A DNA stretch of 64,000 nt from Selaginella moellendorffii (lineage: Eukaryota; Plantae; Lycopodiophyta): assembly GCF_000143415.4 (NCBI RefSeq), contig NW_003314453.1, positions 30,267 to 94,266 on the forward strand, in the 5' to 3' direction. The position numbers and the translations under genes were made by a program. Every line of letters starts with the position of its first letter. Position 1 is the first letter of the stretch. The notes beneath the pieces were generated by a model. That model saw nothing but the letters and a program-made list of their open reading frames with translations. It searched no databases and was not told the origin of the DNA. This document shows, in pieces, positions 25,630 to 38,800 of this stretch.

Positions 25630-28600
25630 TAATCCTAGTATGTGGGATACAAGGTGAGCATATCCAGATTTAGGAACCACTCCCTAGATTATCAAGTTCT
25701 TCATCCTTGAGAATACTTGCTAAAGTATGATAAAAAGTATCCTCCTAATTTGGAGGAGAGCAACCAAAGGAAACGTATGAGGCCAAAAGAAACTAGTAAA
25801 GGGTTAGAACCAAAATATAATAATCAAAGGGTATAACCGAGAGTGGTTATGAAAGTTGGGAGTGGAGAATCAAGTGGGTGCTCAAAGGTATTGCTACTAG
25901 CAATCATGATGTTATAGAGAGTCTAAAGCATGGAATTATCCATGTTAAATTATATAGCAATAAAAAAGCTTGTGAAAGGAGAGACATTAACAAGCTAAGG
26001 GATAAATCCCTTTCATATTCCCAAAGACAATTTTAGGTAGGTTGACACCTAGAAAAACAAATGTAAATGATTCATGGGATTAGGTGAAATTAAAGTGGCA
26101 CAACAGAAGTAAGGTCTTAAAGCTTGCCATAGGTGAGGCTATCANNNNNNNNNNNNNNNNNNNNNNNNNNNNNNNNNNNNNNNNNNNNNNNNNNNNNNNN
26201 NNNNNNNNNNNNNNNNNNNNNNNNNNNNNNNNNNNNNNNNNNNNNNNNNNNNNNNNNNNNNNNNNNNNNNNNNNNNNNNNNNNNNNNNNNNNNNNNNNNN
26301 NNNNNNNNNNNNNNNNNNNNNNNNNNNNNNNNNNNNNNNNNNNNNNNNNNNNNNNNNNNNNNNNNNNNNNNNNNNNNNNNNNNNNNNNNNNNNNNNNNNN
26401 NNNNNNNNNNNNNNNNNNNNNNNNNNNNNNNNNNNNNNNNNNNNNNNNNNNNNNNNNNNNNNNNNNNNNNNNNNNNNNNNNNNNNNNNNNNNNNNNNNNN
26501 NNNNNNNNNNNNNNNNNNNNNNNNNNNNNNNNNNNNNNNNNNNNNNNNNNNNNNNNNNNNNNNNNNNNNNNNNNNNNNNNNNNNNNNNNNNNNNNNNNNN
26601 NNNNNNNNNNNNNNNNNNNNNNNNNNNNNNNNNNNNNNNNNNNNNNNNNNNNNNNNNNNNNNNNNNNNNNNNNNNNNNNNNNNNNNNNNNNNNNNNNNNN
26701 NNNNNNNNNNNNNNNNNNNNNNNNNNNNNNNNNNNNNNNNNNNNNNNNNNNNNNNNNNNNNNNNNNNNNNNNNNNNNNNNNNNNNNNNNNNNNNNNNNNN
26801 NNNNNNNNNNNNNNNNNNNNNNNNNNNNNNNNNNNNNNNNNNNNNNNNNNNNNNNNNNNNNNNNNNNNNNNNNNNNNNNNNNNNNNNNNNNNNNNNNNNN
26901 NNAGATGGACCGAGACGGAGTCTGAGATGGAGTCTGAGATGGACCGAGACGGAGTCCGAGATGGAGTCCCAGATGGACCCGAGATGGAGTCCGAGATGGA
27001 GTCCGAAGTGGAGTCCGAGATGGACCGAGACGGAGTCCGAGATGGACCCGAGATGGAATCCGAAATGAAGTCCGAGAAGGACCCGAGATGAAGTCCGAGG
27101 TCGAGACCAAGACCGGGACCAAGATCGAGACCGAGACCGAGACCAAGACCGAGACCGAGACCGGGACCGAGACCGAGACCGAGACCGGGACCGAGACTGA
27201 GACCGAGACCGGGACCGAGACCGAGACCGAGGCAGAGGCCAAGAGCGAGCCCGAGTCCGAGTCCGAGTCCGAGTCCAAGTCCGAGTCCGAGTCCGAGTCT
27301 GAGTTCGAGTCTAAGAGGGTGAAAGCCCAAAGCGTTCGTCTCCCAGACCCTGGGGGGTTTGGTGAGCTCCAAAAGTATAGTAAGGGGGAGGACTATAGTG
27401 GAGCCAGTTTGGCCAGGAAAGGCCAGTTTGGCCCAGGAAGGCCAGACCCAATGTTGGGTGATGAACTGACCATTGGGAAGTCCAAGACTAGAGTGAATAC
27501 GGACCGACAAGCGGGGTAGCTTGGTGAAGTGTTCAAGAGCCGGCTCTAGTTCCCCCGGGAGATCGATTGGCCGATGCTCCCAGTCCAAGTGTGGGTGGCA
27601 CTACCTACTTGGATACCAAGCGTGGCTCAATGGAACCTCGCTCTAACTCCATGGCTAGAGCACCCAAGGGCGGAAGGTAGGGAAAGTACCTAGGTGGCTC
27701 GCGTAAGGCCACAGTGTTCCGAAATGTCGTCCCAAAGGCCCAGACTATGGAAAGGAAGAGGAGCAGTCCTCTGGGGTGTGACCAAGGACATGGTCGTGTG
27801 GTGATGAAGTCAAAAAGGGACTTAGTGGGGATTGACAGAGGGATATTGGGGAAGGCTATTCCCTTTGTCGGTGGGCATCCTAAGGATGCTAAGGAGTGGA
27901 TCTGGGATGACCACTTATGGATGGTTGGCCCAGTCTTGGAGAGACAAGATTGTGTTGCAAGTGGTATTAGACTACCAGTGCAGCAAAGGTGATTGGGCAT
28001 GGCCTTAGCATAACAGGCTGCTATTTCGGTGGTACCTTTGAGTGTCGGTCATGGGATCGGACACATGGAGCACTTGGACCAGGTGCAAGGGTTGAGTGGC
28101 ATGGATGCCATTCTTGGGGCTAGCAAGTCCCAAGTCCTGAATTGGACTTATGGAGGTTGTGAATGAGACTCCTCCAAATGGTCAGAGGTGTGGTGAAGTG
28201 ACTAATGTAGAATGGAAAAATTAGTCGCTTACAACTTGGTATCGGAGCTGTTCCTTTGTCCGACTTTTATTGGTGCTCAAGTATATCACCATTGATGTTG
28301 GCATCGGAAGGTCCTAGGAGTGGGCTTATCCTTGAGGAGTAGCATGTCGAGAGGACATGGCTCTCCACTCAAGTTCATGCGTGAACTTCGGCACAATGTG
28401 GTGGATAAAAAAGGGGCCAATAATGGAACGACTTTGGGATCTTGGGAACAGTATAAGGTTTCCTCAGAGAGCTGAGGATGTGATCCAAATGAGTGTTTGA
28501 CGCAACAAACGGGCTAACGTAGTTGTGATAAACAACTATAGTTGGGATCACGGGAAAGATAAAGACTCCAAAGCAATAAAGGAGTCACAAGATTATCCTC

Positions 28601-31600
28601 ATATAGTTGAGGTTGGTGCTCATGAATGTGAGACCAGAAGTAATGACTGTGGGAGGTCAAATACGGAAGAGGGCTCAAGTCCTTGAAATGGTAGCCGGGG
28701 CTACCTTTAATAAATGCTGGAACAACCCAAGGAGTTGGGGGGTGTACTTAGAGATGAGTTGGTATTCTCATCACATGGACAAGTAGTCCTAAGGGGCAAA
28801 GGTTGCCCCAGAGAACAAAATCAATTGTCAGAGTAACACTTGTGAAAATAGTCCTTGTGAGTGAAGACATGAATGCAAGAAGTGTATTCCAGTGAGCTAG
28901 TGCCCGACAAGTAGGACCTTACGGGTCTGTGGATTAACCAAGTCCAAAACTGCTGGATGACTCAAGTAGAGTCAAGGAATGGTCCTAAAGGACTGATGGA
29001 AGCATTTGTACTGAAGTGTGTGGTACCCCACGAAGGATGGGGGGGATCATAGGATCCAAGGATGAGAATAGAGGGTATCTCATCGATGGCAAAATGTGCC
29101 ATGCTAAAGTCGTGGGAAGGGTGTTCCCAAAAAGAAAACAACTTTGAAACAAAGTTGTGTGTGACCTCTATGGTGCAGTGCTAACAGATGGTTGGCATGA
29201 GAAAGAGTGGTATTGGTCTTGGCAAAGACTTAGACACAAAGAAGAAGTGTCATAGAGGTAGGCTCGTGAAGCCGATGGTGTGGAGACACCAAATGTGCCA
29301 AGGTGTGATACCTTGAGGCTATGTTGCTGGGTTCATGAGAACCCTTTGCCAAAGGAATCCCAATGGAAATAGGAATGGCATAGCCTAAGCTGCAGAGCAT
29401 GCAGTTGGAGTGTGGTGACCCAGATAATGATGGAGGTGTGGAAGCACCAGCAATGAGTTGTAGGACTTGACAACTATGAGGCAACTAAGCAAGAGGTGCA
29501 AAATAATTGGTTAAACAGGTAGAAGGTAACTACCCAAGCCTTCTTAATGGCATAAAGAAATTGGATATACCCTTATGGGGGATAAGTTGCTTATGTTGCG
29601 ATATAGTAAGTCAATGTCATGAAAGGAAATACTCATTGTCAAGGAAGCCGTCATTGGGACACTTGAACACTTTAGAACACCAGGAGGTGGTGTTTGATGT
29701 CGGGAGGGCAATAGATAAGGCCCAAGGGACTAAGTCCCTAGCGAATGATGGATAGAAGGTGCTATCCAAATGTCCAAGGTGGCAGAGACAGGAGAAGACT
29801 GTCTACTCGAATTGGACAAAGCTAAAAATGGAATTTTGGCAAGGCTAGCGATGGGCATGTAAAGGCCCATAAGCAACAACGTAATCTCGGTGTGTGGGAT
29901 TATAGGGTGAGCATNNNNNNNNNNNNNNNNNNNNNNNNNNNNNNNNNNNNNNNNNNNNNNNNNNNNNNNNNNNNNNNNNNNNNNNNNNNNNNNNNNNNNN
30001 NNNNNNNNNNNNNNNNNNNNNNNNNNNNNNNNNNNNNNNNNNNNNNNNNNNNNNNNNNNNNNNNNNNNNNNNNNNNNNNNNNNNNNNNNNNNNNNNNNNN
30101 NNNNNNNNNNNNNNNNNNNNNNNNNNNNNNNNNNNNNNNNNNTCGCCCATTGAACTTTGCACTGCAAGTGTGGGGGATGCCCTAGGGTCATGGTGAATAA
30201 CTTAAAAGTCTAGAAGATTTAGTACCTATTGGCAAATTTATTAAGGTGTCAAGGCGAGATCATTAGGTGATTCTATGACTAAACAAGGATAATATCCTTG
30301 CTAAGTTAAAGAATAAGATTCTTGGTTCAAAGTGTTGATTTGAACTATTAATTATGGTATAAATTGGTCGAGGTGACCAAGTGGAAAGCATAGCTAAGGG
30401 AGATGAACTGTGTCAAATATGGTGAGTCCAAGAGAGTAGTCCCTAAGAAAGACCCATGAGAGGGTCACAAAGTTGAGCTATAAAGAATTATTAGGGGTGA
30501 ACACCCGTAAACTTAGCAAAGCAAAGTTTTTGTTATGGAACTAAAAGAATATTTTGAGGATGGAGGTAGTGACTGTATGTTGCTTGATACAACAATCATA
30601 GGAGCAAAAGACTAGTGGTCAAGATTCGGCCATGGAAATCATTGAAAGGAAATATATTTTCAAGGATGGATTCTTAAATGCTCCAATTTAGCGAAAGTGA
30701 AAGCTCCAAAGGAAGGAGTGGCAAGGTAGCCAAATGATAGAGCTATAGACAACTCTAGCACAAATTTCTAACTATGAGAACAAGCCAAAGGGCATGCCAT
30801 GTGTCAATGTGGCACACATTGAAAACCATAAAACTTAGAACAAACCAAAGCACATACCACGTGTCAATGTGACACATTGAAAACTGTAATGAATACATGG
30901 AACTTAGTGCTAAGTGTGGCATGAAATAGAAAAGAAAATGATGGTGCCCTCAAGGAAAGAACTTCCTAGGATGGAGAAGTGGAATTTGCACCATATGTGC
31001 AATGCAAGGTGTCAGAGACACCCAAGAAATTGACTTGAGAAGTCAAAATAAAAGCTCAAAAATGCAATAGTTATGTTGATAGAAATTGAGACTACTTGAG
31101 AATGAGTAGTGGGATTAAGATAGAGAAAGTATCTCTAACAGGTTTACTAAGGATTAAACTAATGAAGGGAGAGAACTATTACAAGTGGTCGAATGAGTCT
31201 TTAAGTTGGAGAGACTATACTCCTTAGAGGATAGAAAAGGCATGGTGAGCTTTTGGTATCAAACCATCGACGAATATTAGTTTGGGGCTAAGGATGGAAA
31301 GGGTAATGCATGCTAATGTTACTTTATAAAATGGTTTATCATTCAATAAGGACATCAAACTTCATCTATGGGTGGTGGAGTTGTGAGACATAAATCCCTA
31401 AGCCCCAAAGTAGAGTAGAAAGGGTGCCACATGGTAATGGTCGAAGTGGAAGTCCAACAAGTGTAATATGTTTGGACCAAAGGCTCCAACTTCGAAAGTT
31501 GAGAGTGGGAGTGGAACTCCAAACAATGTGCTTCAGGGATGAGTATGAAACAATCAATGAATGAGTCTCTAAAAAGGGACATAAGAAGGACTGACATATG

Positions 31601-32958
31601 GCAAGTATCATGACACATGGAAGTGTCAGAAATGAGTCCAAAAAGGAGTCTATGAAGGACTCCAAGATGGAGTCTGATATGGACCCAAGATGGAGTTTGA
31701 GATAGACCAAAAATGGAGTCCAAGATGGACCTAAGATGGAGTCTGAGATGGACCCGAGATGGAGTCTGATATGAACCTGAGATGGAGTCCAAGATAGAGT
31801 CTGACACGGCCCCAAGATGGAGTCTGAGGTCGAGTCCGAGATGGACCCAAGATGGAGTCTAAGGTTGAGATTGAGACCGAGACTGAGACCAAGACCGAGA
31901 CCGAGTCTGAGATCGAGTCCGAGTCTGAGTCCCAGTTTGAGTCTGAGTCCAAGTCTAAGACCAAGGTTGAAAGCCTAAAGCGATCATTTCTCAGACCCTA
32001 GGGGGTTTGGTGAGCTCCAAAAGTATAGTAGGGGGAGGACTCTAATGGAGCTAGTTTGGCTAGGAAATGCTAGTCTGACCAAGAAAGGTTATACCCATAT
32101 GTTGGGTGATGACATATCCACTAAGGAATCCAAGGTTAGAGGGAATATGGATAAATAAATGGGGTAGTTTGGTAAAGTGTTCAAGAGCCGCTTTAGCTCC
32201 CCCGAGAGATTGAATGGTTGATACTCCCAATCCAAGTGTGGGTGGCACTACCTACTTGGATACCTGGCATGGCTCATCAAAACCTCACTCTAGCCATATG
32301 GCTAGGGCACTAGTGGAAGTTGGGGAAAGTACCCACGAGGCTATCATAGGGCCACAGTGTTTCGAAATGTCGTTCCAAGGTCCTATTGTGAAAAGGAAGA
32401 GGAGGAGTACTCTTGTGTAGACACCAAGGATATGGTCATGTGATGAGGAAGTCCTAAAGGTCAATGGGACTTAGTGGTCGGGCCTTCGGACCCAGACCTA
32501 GTGGCAATGTTGGCAAACACTGCCAGAGACAAAGAGGGACTTGGCAAGGACTAAAGAAAGGATATTGGAGAAAGGTTCTCCAATGTTCCCCATGTCTCCA
32601 GGCATCTTAAGGATGTTAAGGTGTGGTCATGGGATGACCATTCATGGACAGATGGTCCAGTCTTTGGGAGATGGGACTGTGGTGTAGGTGGTCTTGGACT
32701 ATCTGTGTGATAAAGAGGAATGGACATAGCTTTAGCATAACAGACGGATATGTCAATGGTACCTTTGGGTGTCTGTCATGGGCTAAGCACATAGAGCACT
32801 TGGACCAAGTGCTTTGGCAGTGGCATAGAGGCCATTCACAGGGCTAGTAAATCCCTAAGTCAGGAATAGGACTTATAGAGGTTGTAAGCAAGACACCTTC
32901 AAGTGGTTGAAGGTATGGTTAAGTCATTAAGGTAGAATAAAAAATTTAGTCATTTACA

Positions 32959-33190
32959 AACATAAAGAGAAGACTAAAGAAAAGTGAAGAATTCAAAATC
33001 AATGATCAAGTACTTTGATGTCGAGGAAATATCAAGAAAATTGTCTCTAAAGTAAAGTCAAGATGAGGACTATTCCTCATCCAAGAATTCAAAGCTCCAG
33101 GAATAGTAGCTATCACAACACTTGATGGTGAGCATCTCCAAACTATCAACCTCAACAAACTCAAGAAATACCAATCATACGACTCAAACA
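32959..33190 (+). pseudogene. C-terminal continuation of the interrupted Gypsy integrase
   Basis: EFKINDQVL...SKVKSR*GLFLIQ...TLDGEHLQTINLNKLKKY, resembling the GPY/F region. Confidence 0.7.
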
Positions 33191-35810
33191 TCATCAATAG
33201 CGATCTTGAAAGAAATGAATGTTTCAACTTTGAAGTTCAAGAATGAAACATCAAGAACCAATTCAAGCATGAAGATCAAGAAATTAAGGCTATGAAGACT
33301 CAACCTCAAGAATTCAACACATTCAAGGTTTACAAAGTTCAAGCTCAAGAACTCAGCACAATGAAGAAACATGAAACTCAGGCTAGAAAATCCAACATAA
33401 AAAAGATTTTGAAGAATCAAACACAAGAAAGCAACATGAAGAAAACCAACGACTTGAAAAACTTCGACCAAAAACAAGACTTAGAGACCAATGAATCTCT
33501 CAACACTCATCAACAAACATGCCAAAGACCACTCCAGGGTAAAGGGTAAAACCCTAACCCTAGCATCTGTGGCTGTATCTCCAAGCATCAAGATCAAAAT
33601 CTGCAGCACTGAGATCAAGCAATAAGGAAGCAACACAGCATAGCAACACACCCTCTCACAAATGAATTTATCTTTGAACCAACAGTAGTGAGTCCAAAGA
33701 GCACAAATCTTCTCTTCCCATGCAATCCAGCATGGAAGAGGATGAGGGCACTTGACGACTGGCTATGCAAGGTCAGCCTCTACGTGTTCTCCACATCATG
33801 GAGAAAGAGTCTAAAATCAACATTGCCAAGAAGATGCTTCCAGCTTTTCGAGAAGAGATGGTGTGCGCCCAAGAGCACAAATATATCTTCATTGCAGGCT
33901 ACATCACATAAGCTTCCCAATTGGCAGAAAGCAAGTCTTATTTGTGTCGCAAATAAAAGGGATGCCACTAGGATGCATCAAGATCTTCAAGAATTACATC
34001 TTTGGAAGCTCACTTCACGTCACTGATGAATCGAAGCCAAGGCTCAAGTTCCTCATCTCAACTCTCAAGATGTCCAAGTCAAGTAGCTCTGCCAGCAAAG
34101 TTATTGCAATCCTCTATGACGACTTGTAACACAAAATCGAAGTTGGACATCATAGGTTACCTCCTTCAAAAACTCATCAAGGAAATCCACTTGGCTACAA
34201 AAATGATCCATAATGGTCAGAAATGTGAAACTCTTGCACTCCTCTATGTTGCTAGTTCATGCCAAGAAAGAAGGGCCACCATCCCCACCCATAAAATTGT
34301 CAGTTGACGACAACGCGATGCTACAGCACTGTGAGCACCATAGCAGAGAGCATCCAAACCAGGAATGACACTGGGAGGCAAAGCAAGAGTGACAACATCA
34401 GCCAGAGCTTCGGCCACATCGGCTGCTCAGCTGGGTGTTCCTCCAATTCGTTGATGAAGTCCAACACCTCTAGCCAATGCCACAAATGCCAATCCTGGCA
34501 GACTTTGCATGGTAGTTCTATGATAAACAAATGAGTGTTTTTCTATGTGACGGAGTGTAGGCTATAATCAATGCTGTCATCTTTCAACCCTTGAATGCAT
34601 AGCTCAACAAGATCTAGAGCAATATCCAGCAACTTAAAAGGAGCGTTCAAGGTATGTCCTTCCAAGGGACAGTATGTGCAAAGATACAGTGCATCAAATA
34701 TCAGTTTGCTAAAAAAAACATGAAGCTCTATAGCAAGATCTGCACTCTCAAGGCAAAGTAGCATACAATAATGGAAGATGACAATGAGAGTGAGTACGAC
34801 AAGAAGAATGATGATGATGAGTTCCACCAGTGACTCAAGAAGTTCAAGGTTGAACTCATAGGAAATCCAACATTAACAAAGCCAACCGATGTGATGGAGC
34901 AGTAGGAGCCTTGAGGAGAAGCTCCATTTGGTCATGGGAGAGTGAAGCACAGTTGATTAACCATGCATTTGAGCATTTTTCTGACAATTAGAGTTACAAC
35001 CTTGACACTCAAGGCTACAATCTTGTCAGTCAAGATTAAGGAAGAAGTGGCAATTGCCACCATATAGGAGTAGTCAAAGGGAGAGTTTGCACTTAATCTC
35101 TATCCCTTATCTTTATTGTATTCTTGCCTATCACCAATGCACATCCATTTGCTCAAAATTTGGAGTATTTTAGTGATATTAAGTTTATCCTTACTCACTA
35201 CCTCTCACATGAGCCTTCTTGAGGATCAAAAGTCTCAAATTAGTTTCTAAGTGATTCATGTGTTTGGTAGCATGTTCCAAGGCCAGAAATACAATACCAA
35301 CATAAGAACAATGACATCAAAAGCTCTCTAATTTATTGCAACCACAGGAGCAAACTGTAATAACAAGTTCTTCATCAAATTCTCTCTCATATCTGTAACA
35401 AAACTGCACACAACCAAATATCAAGGATTTACAAGTTTTCAGAGTCCAAAAAAATAGTCTCTATGGAAGGACCTATAAGAGGGTGGCAAGGTTGGGCCAT
35501 GGATAGAGCTCATAGCAAAATATGCTAAAGAGTTACTAGGGGTGAACACCCTTTATACTTGGCAAGCAAAGGGTGTTGCATAGCAAAGCTTTTGCCATGC
35601 ATCCAAAAGGATACCTTAAAGGTAGAGGTAGTCATCCTATATTGCTTAGCGCAACAATTAAAGGATAGAACCAAAATACTAATGATCGAGAATAGGCTTT
35701 GGAAATTGTTAGAAGAAATCTAATGACAAGTTAGGCAAGGAACTACTATGTGGGGGATGCTAACCAATTGTTGAAAAGGAAATATATTTTCAAAGATAAA
35801 ATTCCCAAAT

Positions 35811-38800
35811 TGACACGAACCACAGGAATATTCGGAGAATATTCCATGGCCTGTGGGATTTAAGGCCGTTGGGAGGTTGGCCTAGGGTTCGCTCTCTTGT
35901 TCGTTTCATTGGTATCGGAGTAGCATGTTCTTTTGGGGATGGCGGGTGAGCAAGACATTGATCCTGATGAGTATGGCATTAGTGATGATAGCCATGACGA
36001 TGCAGAAGAGACTCTTGATGATGTCATTGTGCGGCAAGGATGCCAGATTTCTAAGGTTCAGAGTGACATAAAGGAGGTTAAGGATTCTGTCAATCTCATT
36101 AAGGATTTCTTGCTTCGCATGAACCCTCAAGGGTTGAATCAATCTCATATCCGTGATTACCATTGGTACGTCAAGCATGCCAAGGATTATGGTATCGTGG
36201 AATGGAAATCATCACCGGATGTTTGTGATAGTCAAGAGGTTGATTCTTGGTTGGAATTGTGGGAAAGTTGTTGGTCTCACAATCCTTGTGAGGATAAGGT
36301 GAAGATAGATTTCTTTGTGACGAAGCTTACGGGCCATGCTTCTTCATGGTGGAAGAACTACATCAAAGCTAATCTGAAGCCAACTTCTTGAACTGATTTG
36401 ACAAAGGTTTTCCGCACTTCGTTTGTCAAGAAGTTTGAAGAAGTTGATCTTGTGAATCAGTTGTTAAAGATTCGGTAGGGGACTTTGTCTTTGGATGCGT
36501 ATGCCTGCAAGTTCCGTGATCTTTGCCTTAGTCTCACAAGCACCTATAATGAGCTGCTAAAGGTGCAATGTTTCATCAAAGGATTGAGCTCGGTGGATGT
36601 GTAGTAGAAGGTCAAGAAGGATTTTCTAGCAACATTGACTGATGCTATCACTAAGGCTCAAATCTTTTCTCCCAAACCGTCGGTCAACTCAGTCAACACT
36701 GGTCAAAAGGATGGTCTTCGGGGTGGTCAATGTGATGACCAACCCACCAATACTTCATCTTCAAGGAAGAAACGGCCATTGTTTCATCATAGCTCGAAGA
36801 GTGGAGATGGCAATGAGGCAAAAAGACATCGGTTAGACCAACGAGAGAAGGACAAGGTGGAGGGCAATTGTTTTCGTTGTCACAAGGCTAGACATCATGG
36901 CAAGGATTGTCCTCTTATGAAGGGATCAAAGAATGTTAAGGTGAATGTGGTGGAATCCATCGTGGATACAGCTTAGGCATCTGCTGTGGTGGCTCTTCCA
37001 CACCCTGTGGCAAAAATTCAAGAATCTAAGTCTCGAGTTCATATTAACTCTATAGAGATTAATGGTTCTATGCGCAATCAACTAGTGAAGGCCAAGGGGG
37101 ACATTCAAGGACATGCTGTTAGTATTCTTTTCAATCCAGGTGCTACACACAACTTTTTGAGCTCCAAGGTGGTGAAGAAACTTGGTTTGCCTGTGGAAAA
37201 GAGTTCAGTAATTTATGAGGTGGTTATGGCAGATGGACATAGCACTCGTGTTTATGGTGAATGGGCTCCGAGTGTTCCTTTGACGGTTCAGGGGATTCTC
37301 GACCATCCTTCGTTCCAGGTTATGGATCTTGGTCGCGCAGACGTTATTCTTGGGAAGGAATGGTTTTATGACAGGAAGCCAGGGATCGATTGGGAGCGTA
37401 ATGTTCTACGTATCGAAGTTGGTGGCACTATAAAAGAGATTTTCGGGACAGACAATAGTGATACTCCATTGATTAACGCTTTGGAGTTGGTAACATGCTC
37501 GCATGAGATAGCTAGGTCTTTTGTGGTGTACCCGTTTCTTTCTAATTTGATCATGACTGATTTGGAGTATGTTTGTGAGCATGAGGCACAGGTGGATTCC
37601 ATTCAGGAGGAGTTCTGTGACGTATTTCCGAATGAGTTACTTGTTGGTTTGCCTCCAGAACGTGGAATTCAGCATGAGATTGACTTGGTTCCTGGAGCTA
37701 CTCCTTTTCAGCGACAACCGACTCATACTAGTCCCGCTGAAGATGAGGAGATTAATAGGCAGTTTGCTGAATACCTTCAGAAAGGGTGATTACGGATCAG
37801 CAAGTCTCCTTGGGCTGCTCTAGTGGTGATGGTAAAAAAGAAAGATGGTACATGGCGTCTTTGCATAAACTACAAGCAATTGAATGATAAGACAGTGAAG
37901 AATATGTTCCCGATCCCTCGTATTGATGATTTGCTTGATCATCTTCGTGGTGCTCGATATTTTTCGAAGATTGATTTAAGGCAAGGATATCATTAGATTT
38001 GTGTCAAGCCAGAGGATGTTCCGAAAACTGCATTTCGGACAAGGACAGGTCACTACGAGTTTTTAGTGATGCCATTTGGTTTGACAAATGCTCCTGCAAC
38101 TTTTCAGAGATTGATGAATCAAGTTCTACAACCTTACTTGGGAAAGTTTGCAATTGATTATTTTGATGATATCCTAGTATTCAGCTCTTCCGTGGAGGAA
38201 TATAAGATGCATGTGCAAAGTGTTTTACAACTTTTGAGGGATAAGAAGCTCTACTTCAAGTTATCCAAGTGCAAGTTTTTTTTAGAGGAGATTGGATATC
38301 TCGGGCATTTGATTTCGGTACATGGAGTGAGCTGATCCCGCAAAGATTCAAGCCGTGGTTGATTGGCCTATACCTTCAATAGTGCATGTTCTCCATAGTT
38401 TCCTTGGTATGGCTGGAGTTTTTTGACGATTTGTGAAGGACTTTTCAGGGATAGCAACCCCTTTAACTGATCTTCTCCAGAATACGTCAAAACATGCTAC
38501 TATTCATGGTTGGGATGAGAAGGGTGAAGTGGCATTTCAACGTTTGAAGCAGTGTTGTATCTCTGCTCCGGTGTTGAAGATTTTTGATCCTAAAAAGCCT
38601 CTTGTGGTCGAGACAGATGCAAGTGACATTGCTATTGGAGCTGTATTGCTTCAAGTTGGGCATCCTCTTGCGTACATGAGCCATAAGTTTGATGCCACAC
38701 AGCGGAATTGGCCTACTCGAGACAAGGAGTTGTATGCTGTGATTGCTGCTGTGAAGGAATGGCAACATTATCTATATGGATCGGACTTCCATGTGGATTC

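Larger units (their letters stand above)
22730..32958 (+). mobile_element. Nested or tandem LARD-family insertion (LTRs 22730-23434 internally deleted, 26903-28233 partial, 31382-32958)
   Basis: TGTGAGAC starts at 22730 and 31382, with PPT ATGGGTGGTGGAGT before the latter. LTR ends ...TTACA lie at 23434, 28233 and 32958. PBS TGGTATCGGAGC is at 28237. The host integrase is split exactly at these borders. Two N gaps hide internal junctions. Confidence 0.8.
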
